Positions 11,831 through 24,209 of a stretch of 64,000 bases of DNA are shown one piece after another; positions within the stretch are counted from its first letter, which is position 1, and every line of letters begins with the position of its first letter. Origin of the DNA: Podarcis bocagei (lineage: Eukaryota); the NCBI GenBank assembly GCA_964188305.1, contig OZ076887.1. One strand, given 5' to 3'. Made by a program: the position numbers and the translations under genes. Under the pieces are notes generated by a model. The model was given only the letters and a program-made list of their open reading frames with translations, was not told the DNA's origin and did no database searches.

Positions 11831-14330
11831 TATTATTATTATCATTATCATTATTATTACAGCAAAAAACAACAACAACAATTTAATTCTGCTGCATCAC
11901 ACCGTTGACTCATGTTATGCTTGTGGTCTACTAAGACCCCTAGATTCTTTTCACATGCAGTACTTGGCAAGCCAGGTGTCCCCCCACCTTATATTTGTGC
12001 AGTTGGCTATTCCTGTAGATACTTGTAGAGCTGTGCAGAGGAACACCTTTGCTCAGTACAACCCCCTGCAACACCCTGACATAATGGGGGGATTGCTCTG
12101 TAAGTTATACCAAGTGTAGACCCGCTAAAATAATGGACTTCACTAACTTAAGTCCGTTGATTTCAATGGGCATATACTCTGAGCATGATTTAATCAGATA
12201 CAATCCAGAGACTGGAGAAAGCAAATCCTGCAATGGCAATATCTCATACAATCATCAACCAATACAGGGTTGTAACTCTTGTGAAAACCGCAAAATATAT
12301 GCATGTATTATCAAGGGAATAACTGCAATGTTCAAATATTGCATACTGATATCCATGAAACAGAAGAGTAGGTAGCTGTGAGAGAAGCAATGCACAACAA
12401 ATGAAAAAAGGAAGCTCTTTTTTGTTGGCACAGCAAATTGATAAATGGGAAGGGACCTTGAGCCCAGATTTGAGTACTAATTCCATGCAAACTTCCATCT
12501 GTTTTCCTAAGCCTGGTTAAACAAGTTTTAGCTAACTCTTTATAGCTCATCTCTGTAAGTCTGCAAATTAAAAAAACAACAACAGAACTCTGTGTGCTAG
12601 GAATGGTAATGAAAAGAGAGCGGTCTTAAGATAATTAAGTCATTTTAAACTGTTGCTAAATGGAAATTTGATTGCATCTTTTATTAATTATTACAAGTTG
12701 ACATTTTAAATAAAGATAAAAGCCTTTCAGAATATTGTGGACATTACAGGAGCTAAATAAGACAGAACAGAACTGATTGCGATCTCTTTTCGCCTGGCTT
12801 ATACTGACACAGGAATATCTAAGCTACTATTTGCATAATGCATGGTTGCTACCACAGGTTTCTATGCATCACCGGTAACAATACTGAAAGCAATGGCCTA
12901 GATGCCTGTCAGTTCTTGCTTCAAGCAGAGCTTGACAAATACTTCTTGATGGACAGTTGACTCCTACCAGGACATTCTAACTATCTATAGATGTATGTCA
13001 TGAACTAGAGACTGCTATGGACAACCCCACATGCTTGTAACTCCCTAAAATATTCTGATGTGACGTTTTAATACAGCTCAAGTGAATCTTGGCCAGCTGG
13101 TCTTCTCTCCAAAACCCATGACTAATAACAGCCACCAACCTATTTATATTGGAGAGGAAGAGGTTCCCTGTGGATCCATAAACAAATTGAGCCTGTGCAG
13201 CTTGGTTATGTGACCTGGCAACCTGGCATACAGCACTATTTTAAAGGCTTGTTTTCCCTCTGCCACACTAAGCTGAGCAGCAGCAGCAGCAGCAGTCCTC
13301 TGATGAATAGGACTTACTTACACCAACTTAAACCAGCTTGATTTACACCAGCTTCATGTGCATAAGATTACTCCCTAAGAGCTCCCACATGCCAGCTGAC
13401 TTACTTCAGATACTAATTCCAAAGCACAATATCTAAAATCGTATACTATGAATGCAGAGGCTCATAGGCTTATATTTTAAGAAATGTCTAGAAATCATAC
13501 AGAATGTCTGCCATCAATTGGCCAATTCCAATCAAACCTTCAGCGACATCTTATAACTTTGGGAAATAGTGGGAAACTGACATCCGCATCACAATCCAGA
13601 TACACACATTCACAGACACAATGGTTGAAGCACTGACTTGGGACAGATCCACTCCACTTGGCAGACTCCACTCACATAGAACATTTCAGATGGTGAAATC
13701 ATCACATGTTGGAACACAGTGCTTTCTATGGGGTTGCATCCATACCACTGACACTCACATACCTCCATGTAGGTGATCTCATGTAATATCATGTTTAAAG
13801 AATTGGACTGTACATACCTGGTTTAAGTACAACTTAATGTCACGTCGAAACTCTACAGCAAACATGCATTGTTGCCTATAGAAATAATACGGTACAAAGC
13901 CCACGGACTGGAGGGTGAGCATTATCTTAATGATATATAAGAACAAATTGGATCCTAGTCATTATCACCCAAAAGGCCTGTAAGATATCGGGTCAAAATT
14001 AGGTACATGACCAGAAGAAGGGGTATCATCTTGTGGGGAAATAGATCAATGCTTTGTTCTTAATTACTGGCTGGGCAAATATGCTAAAAGACTACTTTGT
14101 GGCATTTGTCTACCTTACAGCAGCCTTCAATAGGATCAATCATGATAAATTGGTTGTGGAGCACAAGTATCAATTGACATTGATTTACTTTAAGGCCATC
14201 TGAAATAATTCCTACAACTAAAGGTGTGAGACTAGTCAGTTCCTTAACCCGTTTTTATTTCATTTGTACATGAATGATTTGGTTCTTGAATTACATCCAT
14301 CTTTTAGTACAATTACTGGAGACTGATTAT

Positions 14331-14705
14331 CAGGGATGCGCAAATCTGTCAATTTCGGTTTCTAATTCATCCAAATCTTAATATTTTCAAATCAATTTGC
14401 AATTTTAAAAAGGCATCATGAAAATTCATCAGCATTTGTGTGAATATACATGTTTGTATGCAAATTTGCCTAGTAAAGACATTTCCCTTAGTACAAAGCA
14501 TTTTACGTTATTTTCACTAATAAATGCAATTTTTATGCACACTTTACCCAACTTTGTGCATTTTAGTACACATTACTCGGCTGGAGAACTGCATTGCAAT
14601 TTTTTTGAGAAGAGTGAATTATGAAAGCTGTATTTCAGTTCACGTATTCTTTCTTAGTGAAGTTTGCCTTTAAATGTGAACTGAATCACTGATGATACAG
14701 CCCTA
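14331..14705. mobile_element. Probable degraded non-autonomous DNA transposon (hAT-like)
   Basis: cagggatg...cagcccta termini around an AT-rich core; TSD not convincing. Confidence 0.4.
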
Positions 14706-16477
14706 TCACTAACTTCTGGCTATGTATCAGAACTTCCCCTCAACCCACCAGAGAAGATTTTTTGGGGGTAGGGGGGCAATGCACAGAGGCCAGGGAGGGG
14801 AATTCCCATGTGCAAACCAAAATTGTTGTGCTGACCACCTATTCTTAATAAGGCTTTATTACTGTGGCCTGAAATCAGTTTATTTCTGAGCTCTGTGATG
14901 ACCTTGTTGTTTTAACAATAAAACTGAGCTAGACTTGTAATAATTTAGGCTGTGGATAACAAGGGCCCAAAGAAAAGAAAGGACTATTAACTCATGCATG
15001 GTAAAGGTGAAGGCCCCAAGAAGCAACTTAGTGCTTGTGTTTTGGTTTTTTCAATTGTGTGTAGTCTATGTTAATTAATAATAAAGATGATTTTTAAAAG
15101 ATTGCATATTCATATTCTGTTTTGCTTTTCCATTTAATCATTGTGTTTTATTTCACCAGCTCCTTGTATTTTCCCTTCCACAACATTCATTTGTGTACAA
15201 TGTGCCTTTGCTTTCTCTTTGATATTCATAAACTGAAATGCATTCACTGACCTTCTGTGGATGTGTTTCAAATATATTTTCCAAAACTGATTTTAGCCTC
15301 TGGTCATATCTGATCAAAACTCTCTTGAGCACAGGGGCAAATTAAGGAGCCAATTTTTACTTTTTTAAAGCCAGTTTCATTAGAATCTCTTTCTAGAAAA
15401 TGTCAGGAATTAGTCACCTCAGTGAAGGTCTACTTGTTTTTCTATTTTGACTTCTTGTCTCTTCCTTCTTGTTCTTGAAGTTACAGCATCAAACAGATTA
15501 TGACTGACCTTCAACTGTAGCTTTCTACAATTTCTGATTGATCAGAAAGGAAAAAATGGAGGCTAGGCTTACAGCAAGCATCCAGTGAACTTTAAAAGAA
15601 TGTGTTGCAAAGTCAGAAAAACAATATTACAACAGGATATCACATACTGGTAGTACTACGTTCATAAAAAACCATGAGTCCATCTAGCACCACGTAAAAC
15701 TCACAACATATCTTTTAAATGCTACATGGGATTTCACTTCTCTCACAGATAGTCTTCCTTGTTTTTGTTCATTCAAAAGTTAATAAATTGCTCTCTATGA
15801 CATAATGAGCCATAAACCTCCATGTCATTCGTATAAAAAGCAGAAGGTCAGTATATTAAACATAGTATAGTGAATACACAATACTGCAACAGCCTAAGTC
15901 TTCTTAACAGGACTGATGGTTCCTGTAAGCTTGACTTCTGTAACAAAGATTTCTTTTCCTTTGCTTACAGCCAACTAAATTCTACTTTTACAAGCTGAAA
16001 ATAAAAGGAAGAAAAGAGCAGGAAAACCCAGTTGCCATCACTTTTGCCATCACTCAGAAAAAGATGTCTCCATAGGCCTCTCCCTGGTCACGCCCAAGCT
16101 ATTCCCCTTAAAGGAACATACAAGTTACAACATAGGAACAGCAAAATAAAAAATTCAAATAGTGGACACTGGACGCATAAATGAAAAAAATGGCAGAAAA
16201 TTGATTAAAAGTAATTTTGTGAAGTATAGTAAGACCTGCACACTTGCACAATTCTTTTGAAAAGACTATCTTCATTGCATTTAGTTTTTCGGCAAAGTGG
16301 AAAAATGAAATTCATTAAGGTTAACTTCCATAGCTACACACAAATCATTTTTATCAGAATATTATGCTTAATAAAATTGTATCAACTCGGTGTTTAAATA
16401 GCAAGAAGAAAACCTGGAAAATAGTTAAAACACAACAGATGCATCTCAACAAGTGACAACCTAGACACATCAAATTA

Positions 16478-16719
16478 CAGTCAAACCTTGATTCCCAAAT
16501 CGCTCAGTTGCAAAACAAATCGGCTGCCGAACGCCGCAAACCTGGAAGTAAGTGTTCCAGTTTGCAAACGTTTTTCGGAAGCCAAACACCCGATACAGCT
16601 TCCGCTTGAGTGCAGGAAGCTCCTGCAGCCAATCAGAAGCCGTGCCTTGGTTTTTGAATGGTTTCGGGAATTGAACAGACTCCCAAAACAGATTAAGTTC
16701 AAGAAGCAAGGTACCACTG
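16478..16719. mobile_element. Tigger-like MITE
   Basis: TA-cagtcaaaccttg ... caaggtaccactg-TA. Confidence 0.8.
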
Positions 16720-16835
16720 TATATGTAAAAGCTGTTTTCATCTTTCTTTTACACCCAGAAATTGAATTGAGGGTGGGGCTATGCAAATAGTTAGCACAGT
16801 TCTCAGTGGATTCCACTGAGTTCTAAAGTATACAG

Positions 16836-17093
16836 TGTTAGGTTGTGGGTGAACATATCAGACGACACGGCGATTCTTTAAACAGCTCTTGTTTATTCAG
16901 AGGCCAGAACAGAACTGAACTGAAGGGTTCAGCCAGCCTGCTTATATAGAGCTCCAGTACAACGTAACTGTAACCATTTTCTGTAACTATCCAATCACTG
17001 AACGCCGCTTTCAAACCCTTATTTGTATATGTGGACCTGAACTATCTACAGTATCCCCCTGCTGGCCCAGGGTGAGAACTTCAGTACATAACA
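16836..17093 (-). mobile_element. Solo LTR, family X copy 1 (258 bp)
   Basis: TGTTA...TAACA termini, 5-bp TSD TACAG; TATATAA and AATAAA read on the minus strand; close homolog at 33806. Confidence 0.9.
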
Positions 17094-18172
17094 TACAGTA
17101 AACTGTAAGGTAGGAAATATTTGGAGTGGGGTTGGAGGGGAAAACTGACAATTTGTCACTAGGAGCAGTTTAAGCTAAACTCTAAAGGAACACACCTCTT
17201 TACATTTTCTCATTCATTCCAATGGGGGATAGTAAAGTGATATACTTGGGCATAATGTTTCACCCATACACTGCACCCCACAAAACAATGCCCCTGAAAT
17301 ACATAGGCCCTTCTTCCACATATATATCTCCTGCTATAATGACGGTGGGGGGGGGGGAGACTGTTTCATCTGACAAGCTGAAATGCTTGCACTGACAGTA
17401 CATGGAACATAGCTGAATGTTGAATTCCTCCCACAACTTTTGTGGATGAAATATGACTCACACCTCATTCCATCAGTTTTATTATGATTATGTAACTACT
17501 AAATCCCAGGACATTAATATTTCAGGATTAAATTATACATATCTACTTTGCACTCTCAAATAAAGACTGCAATTTATAAACTGAAAAAACAACAAGCCAG
17601 GAATATGTAATAGAAGTTACTAAACTCTGAGCCATCACTGAAATAGTTAGAATTTTCTTAAAACACTGAAAAAAATCTAATAAATTAATGGCAGTGTTCC
17701 TACTTATTTCAACTTATCAGTTGTTGCAAAATAATGAGAATTATAAAATTAGCAGTAGTTTTGAGAATTTGTTAGTAAAAGTTACTCTTAAAAAAAATCA
17801 TTAAAAGATTAACCAGTTGCCCATTTTAGAGCATACTGTCAATTTTGACGTAGCTAATTCTGGAACTCACCGATATATTGTGGAACATATCATCATATAT
17901 CAACATGAGAAAAAACACAAAATATAAATGTATCTGCCAAACAGATTTTATTCGGCAGAAATATACAGGTTTCAAAAGAAAAATGCAAAGCATAAACCAT
18001 AAGATCATTTTTCCAGAAAGCAACACCTTATGGTGGATAGAATTTGTCTCTAATCGTTCCATGTCATTTTTCAATATCAGCATTTTATGCTATCATCGTT
18101 CTCATTTTTAATATGCCCATTCTTTGCTGCTTAAATTAAAAACAAAGAATTCAATTTTTTATATATATATAT

Positions 18173-19540
18173 ACACTATCTACCGGAAAAAAACACACAC
18201 CAACCGCTACTTACATGCACAATCACACCACCACCCTGCACAAATAAACTCCGTAGCCAAGACTCTCATCTCCAGAACCAAACGCCTGGCTGACAAAGAC
18301 CACTTGACAACTGAGTTACAGAATCTTTCAAATGTGTTAATCGCCAACGGATACCAGCAAAACAGGGTTACGAAGCTAATCCAAAAAGAAACACCCCCCA
18401 AAAACCAAGACACAGAAGAAAACAATGGCATGGCCCTCCTTCCTTATATCAAGGGCACTACAGATAAAATTAGCAAAATCCTCCATAAACACAATATCAA
18501 AACAGCCTTTTGCACCAACCAAAAAATAGCCAATATCCTCAGAAACCCCAAAGATAAAATCCAGTTAGAAAACCAAGGGGTCTATGAAATACCCTGCAAA
18601 GTCTGCCCAGCCACGTACATTGGACAAACAAACAGACGAATAAATGCACGTATCGCAGAACACAAGAATGCCGTCAAAAAAGAAGAAAAAACTTCCTCTC
18701 TTTACCAACACATGAAAGAAACAGGACACGAAATTAATTTTTCAGATTCCAAATTGCTCTTTAACACGGAACACCACCACAAGAGAATAATCATGGAAGC
18801 CATCGAGATAGAGAAACACCCTCACAACATGAACAAGCGTGACGATACGTCCCGCCTGCCAGACATCTGGAAAATAGCCCTCCCCACAAAAACCGACACC
18901 AGAACCAGAGGCACACAGAACGCCATCTCCAATCAACCACACCAGACCCAAACCCAGACCCTCTCCACAGATAAATTACAGACACCATCCAGTAGCCAAA
19001 CCATAGTGGCACCTCCGGATGCTGCACCCCCCTGCAATCCTTACACAGATCTGGCTGGCACAGGGCACAAAACCACAGCTCGCCCCTATACACGAAGCCA
19101 AGCCAGAGCACAACTAAGTGCAGTACAGCCATCTTCTCAGAAAAAACTCTTCACAAGCTCAAGAGGTCAAGACACGAAAGCTTTAGCAACTAATCCACAC
19201 CTAATGACCCTCCTAAGTGGTACTCAGAATATCACTCAAGAAATCACTCAAGATATCCCTCAAGTAATTAATGAACAAAAGAAGAAAAGACACACTAACC
19301 TGGGAACTTCCTCTCTGCCCAGAACGTTGGAGGCTATACACCACACCCCCTCAACAGTATTTATAGGAACTCAAACACTGAGATCCTGCTCTGTTCCAGT
19401 AACAAGAAGCCGAAAGCACCAGCCTGAAGATGACGAGTGAGACCTCGTCGAAACGTCGCCTAGACACCCCAACTCTTACACGGGAAGACACCCGAAGACA
19501 CCAAAACCTGCATTCCTGTACCCGTGAAAATCTACGAAAG

Positions 19541-19544
<4 letters not shown>
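18173..19544 (+). mobile_element. Penelope-like element, Poseidon-like, 5'-truncated, inserted in (TA)n
   Basis: Uninterrupted ORF to 19440: YRKKTHTNRYL...HH (RT C-terminal), LPYIKG, GIY-YIG nuclease GVYEIPC...YIGQT.R....RIAEH...E.IEI...MN; no CxxxxCxxC linker; TA repeats on both sides. Confidence 0.92.
19422..19459 (+). ncRNA. Minimal hammerhead ribozyme motif (weak stem I)
   Basis: gc-CTGAAGA-t-GACGAG-tgagac-CTCGTC-GAAA-CG-TC-gc. Confidence 0.7.

Positions 19545-19616
<72 letters not shown>
19545..19616. repeat. (TA)n microsatellite
   Basis: ~36 perfect TA units. Confidence 0.98.
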
Positions 19617-19619
<3 letters not shown>

Positions 19620-19783
19620 AATGATACTGCTCCCAGGCACAGAATTTGTTTAATTACCAAAGTGGAACATAACATTTACTGTTCATGCTGACATATGGCA
19701 ATATATTATGGTTTTGCATGAAACAGAAAAATTAAGGACATGGGAAATGATAGAACTGCCAGGAATCCAGTTTTAACACTTAC

Positions 19784-19920
19784 TTTTGCGAAGGTCTGAA
19801 GAGTATCTAGAGCAGGTGGCAGCTGAGAAGCTTCTTGGATCTCCACTTTCAGATACAACTGCAGAGTCCTTGCAAGGTGCCCAAGACCATCTTTCATTTC
19901 TTCACTTAACTTGTCAAAAT
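19784..19920 (-). CDS. SMYD3: SMYD3 coding exon 5
   Basis: ctctaaag|...|gtaagt; 137 nt; (N)FDKLSEEMKDGLGHLARTLQLYLKVEIQEASQLPPALDTLQTFAK vs human NINKLTEDKKEGLRQLVMTFQHFMREEIQDASQLPPAFDLFEAFAK. Confidence 0.96.
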
Positions 19921-20009
19921 CTTTAGAGGAGGCAACATAAAGCAAGGGGTGAACAGAAACTTCCACCAACAACTTCATGTCTGCCCAATGGCAGATTTGC
20001 ACTCTAGAT

Positions 20010-20145
20010 CAGGGTTTCCCAAACTCAGGTCTCAAGCTGTTTTTGGACTACAACTCCCATCATCCCTAGCTAGCAGGACCAGTGGTCAGGAATGATGGGA
20101 ATTGTAGTCCAAAAACAGCTCAAGACCCAAGTTTGGGAAACCCTG
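20010..20145. mobile_element. hAT (Charlie/URR1-like) palindromic MITE
   Basis: CAGGGTTTCCCAAACT...AGTTTGGGAAACCCTG, near-complete fold-back; 8-bp TSD ctctagat/gtctatat. Confidence 0.88.
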
Positions 20146-21389
20146 GTCTATATATTTCCAACCCCAAAGATACAAAATGTGAGGCATAGTACCATTTTAT
20201 TTGTTGATTGCTACCTCTCACCATCAGGCAGTTGTTGCCAAACTCTGCAAATGTTGTGTGAATGATAGCTCAAAAGCCTGGAACTAAAAGATGTCCGAAG
20301 ATTTGTAAAATAGCAAAGCAGGTGGCTGGATTGTCTGTTTTGTGTCACTATTTAAAGCTACCTGTTTATAATACACAATGGGGATAACACCTTAGAAGAG
20401 CTTAATAAAATTATGGAAGGCTGGAATTCAAAGCCTATAAAAATGCACATTCATGTAATAAGAATATATTGGATGTTTATCTCTAAATATGACAGGTAAT
20501 ATGGCGAGTATTAACAGAGATCCAGAGAAAAGCTCAAAGAATGGAACTAGTAGAAGCCCACTCTTCCCTTTAGGAACCTTTTCACCCATCAGCCAAAAAC
20601 CTTTCACTGTTGGTTAGAAGGTCACTGTGACGCAGGGGGCTGAGGTGAAAGTGGGGGTTTCAAAAAATCAGACAGAGACACCTTCAATGAGCAGGAGGCC
20701 CCCCTAGGAAAAATTATCTGCCCAATTTGGGGGTATTCTCCCCTTCCCCCCTCAGCCCCAAGCCCACTGTATTGAGGAATGTCACCCAACGCTAGACTGG
20801 CTGCCAGGGAAGTCAGGGCAGGAATCCAGCTTCTACTGGTTTAAAAGAATCTGCAACCTTCTAACCACATCTTAACTGACATGGTCCAAATCAAAAATAT
20901 AATATCCATGCATAGTTTATTCATAGTGGTCCACATTTTATTGGAAACCAAGTTATTAGGCCAGGGGGGGAATGAAAGCTGATCCGATCAATTATTTACA
21001 TGTTATGATTTCTGTGGTACCGAATCTGGAAACAAGAAACCAAGTGTCTTTGAGCCAAACTAGATATTACAGTAATTGTACATTAGTCCAAGGATGCTTT
21101 TAAAGTCAGAAAAGGCACACAAGGTTTCAAGTGTGTAGGAAACCACTTGGCTATCGAGCATAAATGTCTAGTGAAAAGAATTCTTTACCATACTACTGAA
21201 AGAAATCTTTGTCATTTAAGGTATAAGAATATGTTTTTTTTCTTCAGCTTCTTTACCACTCACAGCTAAAAAAACGTAAACAGTAGTTCCTCCCAAATCT
21301 TATGAAGAAAGGTGCAAAATTATGTCCACCATTTAAAACACTGCAGGGGTGACCGGCCGTGGGAAAGGACCAACTAATTTACTTATGTA

Positions 21390-21666
21390 CAGTCATACCT
21401 TGAGTTACAGATGCTTCAGGTTGCGTTTTTTTTGGGTTACGGACCCACCGAAGCCCAGAAGTACCAGAACGGGTTACTTCTGGGTTTCGGGGGTTGCGCA
21501 TGCGCAGAAGTGCTGAATCGCGCTTTGTGCATGCGCAGAAGCACCAAATTGAAGCTGCGTGCGTGCAGATGCGCCGCTGCAAGTTGCGAACGCTGCAAGT
21601 TGCGAACGCTGCAAGTTGTAAACGTGCATCCCGCACGGATCATGTTCACAACCCGAGCATCCACTG
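21390..21666. mobile_element. Tigger-like MITE with internal 16-bp tandem (cgctgcaagttgcgaa)
   Basis: TA-cagtcatacct...atccactg-TA; related to 43456-43715. Confidence 0.8.
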
Positions 21667-23090
21667 TACAGTTATACTAACTAATAACAGAGCTCCAGAA
21701 TTGCTTCCAGATCTAATGACACAGAAAACTTAACACTGTGCATGGTCCTGCACACATTATGTTTGCGCCTTGTATACCCCCATTCAGCTCTCTCCCACTG
21801 TTTGGTGCAAGTTACTCATGCACTGGCACTGGATCAGAAGGGAAGGCTGGATGTGGATTGGGGAGAACGCCACAGACCTCCTGTTCCTCCTAACCAGTGG
21901 GATAGAGCTCTATTGAGCGTAAGGAATCTCAAGAGTGCTGCATTTAAATGGAGTGGGTCCACAATTTCCAAAGATCAGCCACCCTGGAGTATTATGCAAA
22001 AGGGATCCAAAATATCCAGAGGCACTGATGTTGTAGGCTGATTTGTAAAAAGGTTAGGAAGGAAGGTTTCCAGTTCCCCCACTTCACTGTCTATAGAAGG
22101 GGGAAGCCGTAAGAAAGTGCAAAGAACTATACACCCCCAGGGAAATGTAGTGCTACTACACTTGTGTGCTTGTATTACAGCTTTCCCCTGGAAGTGGCCC
22201 CATGGTCCTCTTTCCTTCCATTTTTACATTTTAAGAACAGGATATAATATATATTTTTAAGAACCTATTCAGCCCAAAGGAGCACAATGCACATTGCAGA
22301 ATTTATTGATTTATTTCAGAGACAGGCAGACAGTATTAACTTCACCCATCGCTGAAGCAAAACCACCTCTGGGATGGAGAGTAGCAACCGTTTAAGAATG
22401 CAATGTGGGGGACATTTCAGTTCAGGACAGATGCAAACAAGAATAATATATCCGTCCAAAACTTTGGGGAGAATTTAGAGAATCAAAAAGCAGAGGGCAA
22501 TTATCCAGACTGGAATCTGGCCAAGATGTCAGCATTGAACATTGTCTGAGAAAAATTGTCCCATAAGAGTTTTCACAGCAAGTGATCAGGAGCTAACTTT
22601 CCCATCTCACACTGAAGACAAAGGAAGTAAAAAGTGAAAAGATATTGAGTAAACAAATTGTTTTAATTTTCTGGGGTTTAGAAAATTAAAATTGTTCCAT
22701 TTCCGGGAAGATGAAACGCTGCAAGAAGTATGGCTATGAATAGTGTATGCAGCCCCTTTTTTCACATGTTATACTAAAAGGACCACTGAGCCCCATTCCC
22801 ACCATCTGTGCATATGATGGTGAATATTGCGGAAGCAGGATAGAAAGAAGAAGAAAACCTGCTTTTAAATAAAACGGACATTTCTAGGCAGATGCAGGAA
22901 AAAATAAAATGATTTAAATCCCACATGTGAATACTACCTTTGTGGTGCAATTTTAAGCATGCTTATTTGGAAATAAGTTAAAATCAGGTCAATGATCTTT
23001 GGATTGTAATAAGATGTTACCATGGGGGCTCTTGTGGACAGAAAGGTGATTAAAAAAAACCTACTACTGTCGTTAATACTAATAGTAATA

Positions 23091-23621
23091 CAGTGGTACC
23101 TTGGTTCTCGAATGGCTTAGTAGTCAAACAACTTGAAACCTGAATGCTGCAAACCCAGCAGTAAGTGTTCCGGTTTGCAACCTTTTTTAGAAGCCAAACA
23201 TGCTCCGTTTTGAGTGTTACGCTTCAGATTTGAGTGCCACGCTTCCATTCTGAGAGCTACGCTGAGATCTGTCTGTTTTTGCTATTTATTTTGCGTTTTT
23301 GTTTGGGGGGCTTCCCCCCCCCATTTTTGTGACTGTGTGGAACCCAGTTCAGCTATTGATTGATTGACTGTGTGACTGCGGAAAAGGATCAAAGATGCAA
23401 AGTACAGTACATTGTTTATTGCTTTCATTTTATGGATCAATGGTCTCGTTAGATAGTAAAATTCATGTTAAATTGCTGTTTTATGGGTTGTTTTTAAAAG
23501 TCTGGAACGGATTAATCCATTGTGCATTACTTTCTATGGGAAAGCACGCCTTGGTTTGGAACGCTTTGGTTTTCGAACGGACTTCCGGAACGGATTAAAT
23601 TTGAGAACCAAGGTACCACTT
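23091..23621. mobile_element. Tigger-like non-autonomous element (~530 bp)
   Basis: TA-cagtggtaccttggttctc ... gagaaccaaggtaccact(t)-TA. Confidence 0.85.
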
Positions 23622-24151
23622 TAATAATGTGTACTGATTATATATTCCTAAAAATCCTTCATCAGCCCATCATTCAACAGTGGCTGAAAGTAGTATAGGG
23701 CATCCTCAGGAAGGTGATGGAACAAGCTACCAAGAAGCTCGCAAAATATTAGAGGAATCTACGTATGAGCAGTCCTGCTGGATCAGGCCAAAGGCACAAC
23801 TAGTCCATCATCCTATTCTCATAGAGGACAACCAGATGCCAAAGGCAGAGTGAATAAATGGATTCCAATACAGAAGAGCTGCTAATCCGCAATGCCGGAA
23901 ACATTTGTTCTTTGATTTCCAATTGTCTGTATTTTTCTTCTAGATCACTTCTGAAATTAAATCCAAAAGCACTGTACAACCCAAAAATGAAAACATATTA
24001 GTTAGCATAAAAAAACAAACACAAATTCGAAAAACAATCCTTCTAGCTCTTCTCAGGTGTTACTTAAGTTCCAAGAGGAAGTTAAATCTCAGGATGCTAC
24101 GCAGTAAACATGGGAAGCATTTACAAAAAAGTATGGCTAACGTCTACTTAC

Positions 24152-24209
24152 TTGACTGAAGATCAAAAAGGGAGTAGAGCTCTTCAGATGGACATGTTGA
24201 TTGTCTTAA
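24152..24209 (-). CDS. SMYD3: SMYD3 coding exon 4
   Basis: ctcaccag|...|gtaagt; 58 nt; LRQSTCPSEELYSLFDLQS(N) vs human MDGAPSESEKLYSFYDLESN; phase fits exons 3 and 5. Confidence 0.93.

Larger units (their letters stand above)
10923..12010 (-). mobile_element. Old CR1 fragment interrupted by MITE B and an L2 fragment
   Basis: Segments ~10930-10961, 11311-11412 and 11890-12010 are collinear with 1213-1460 of the young CR1. Confidence 0.8.
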
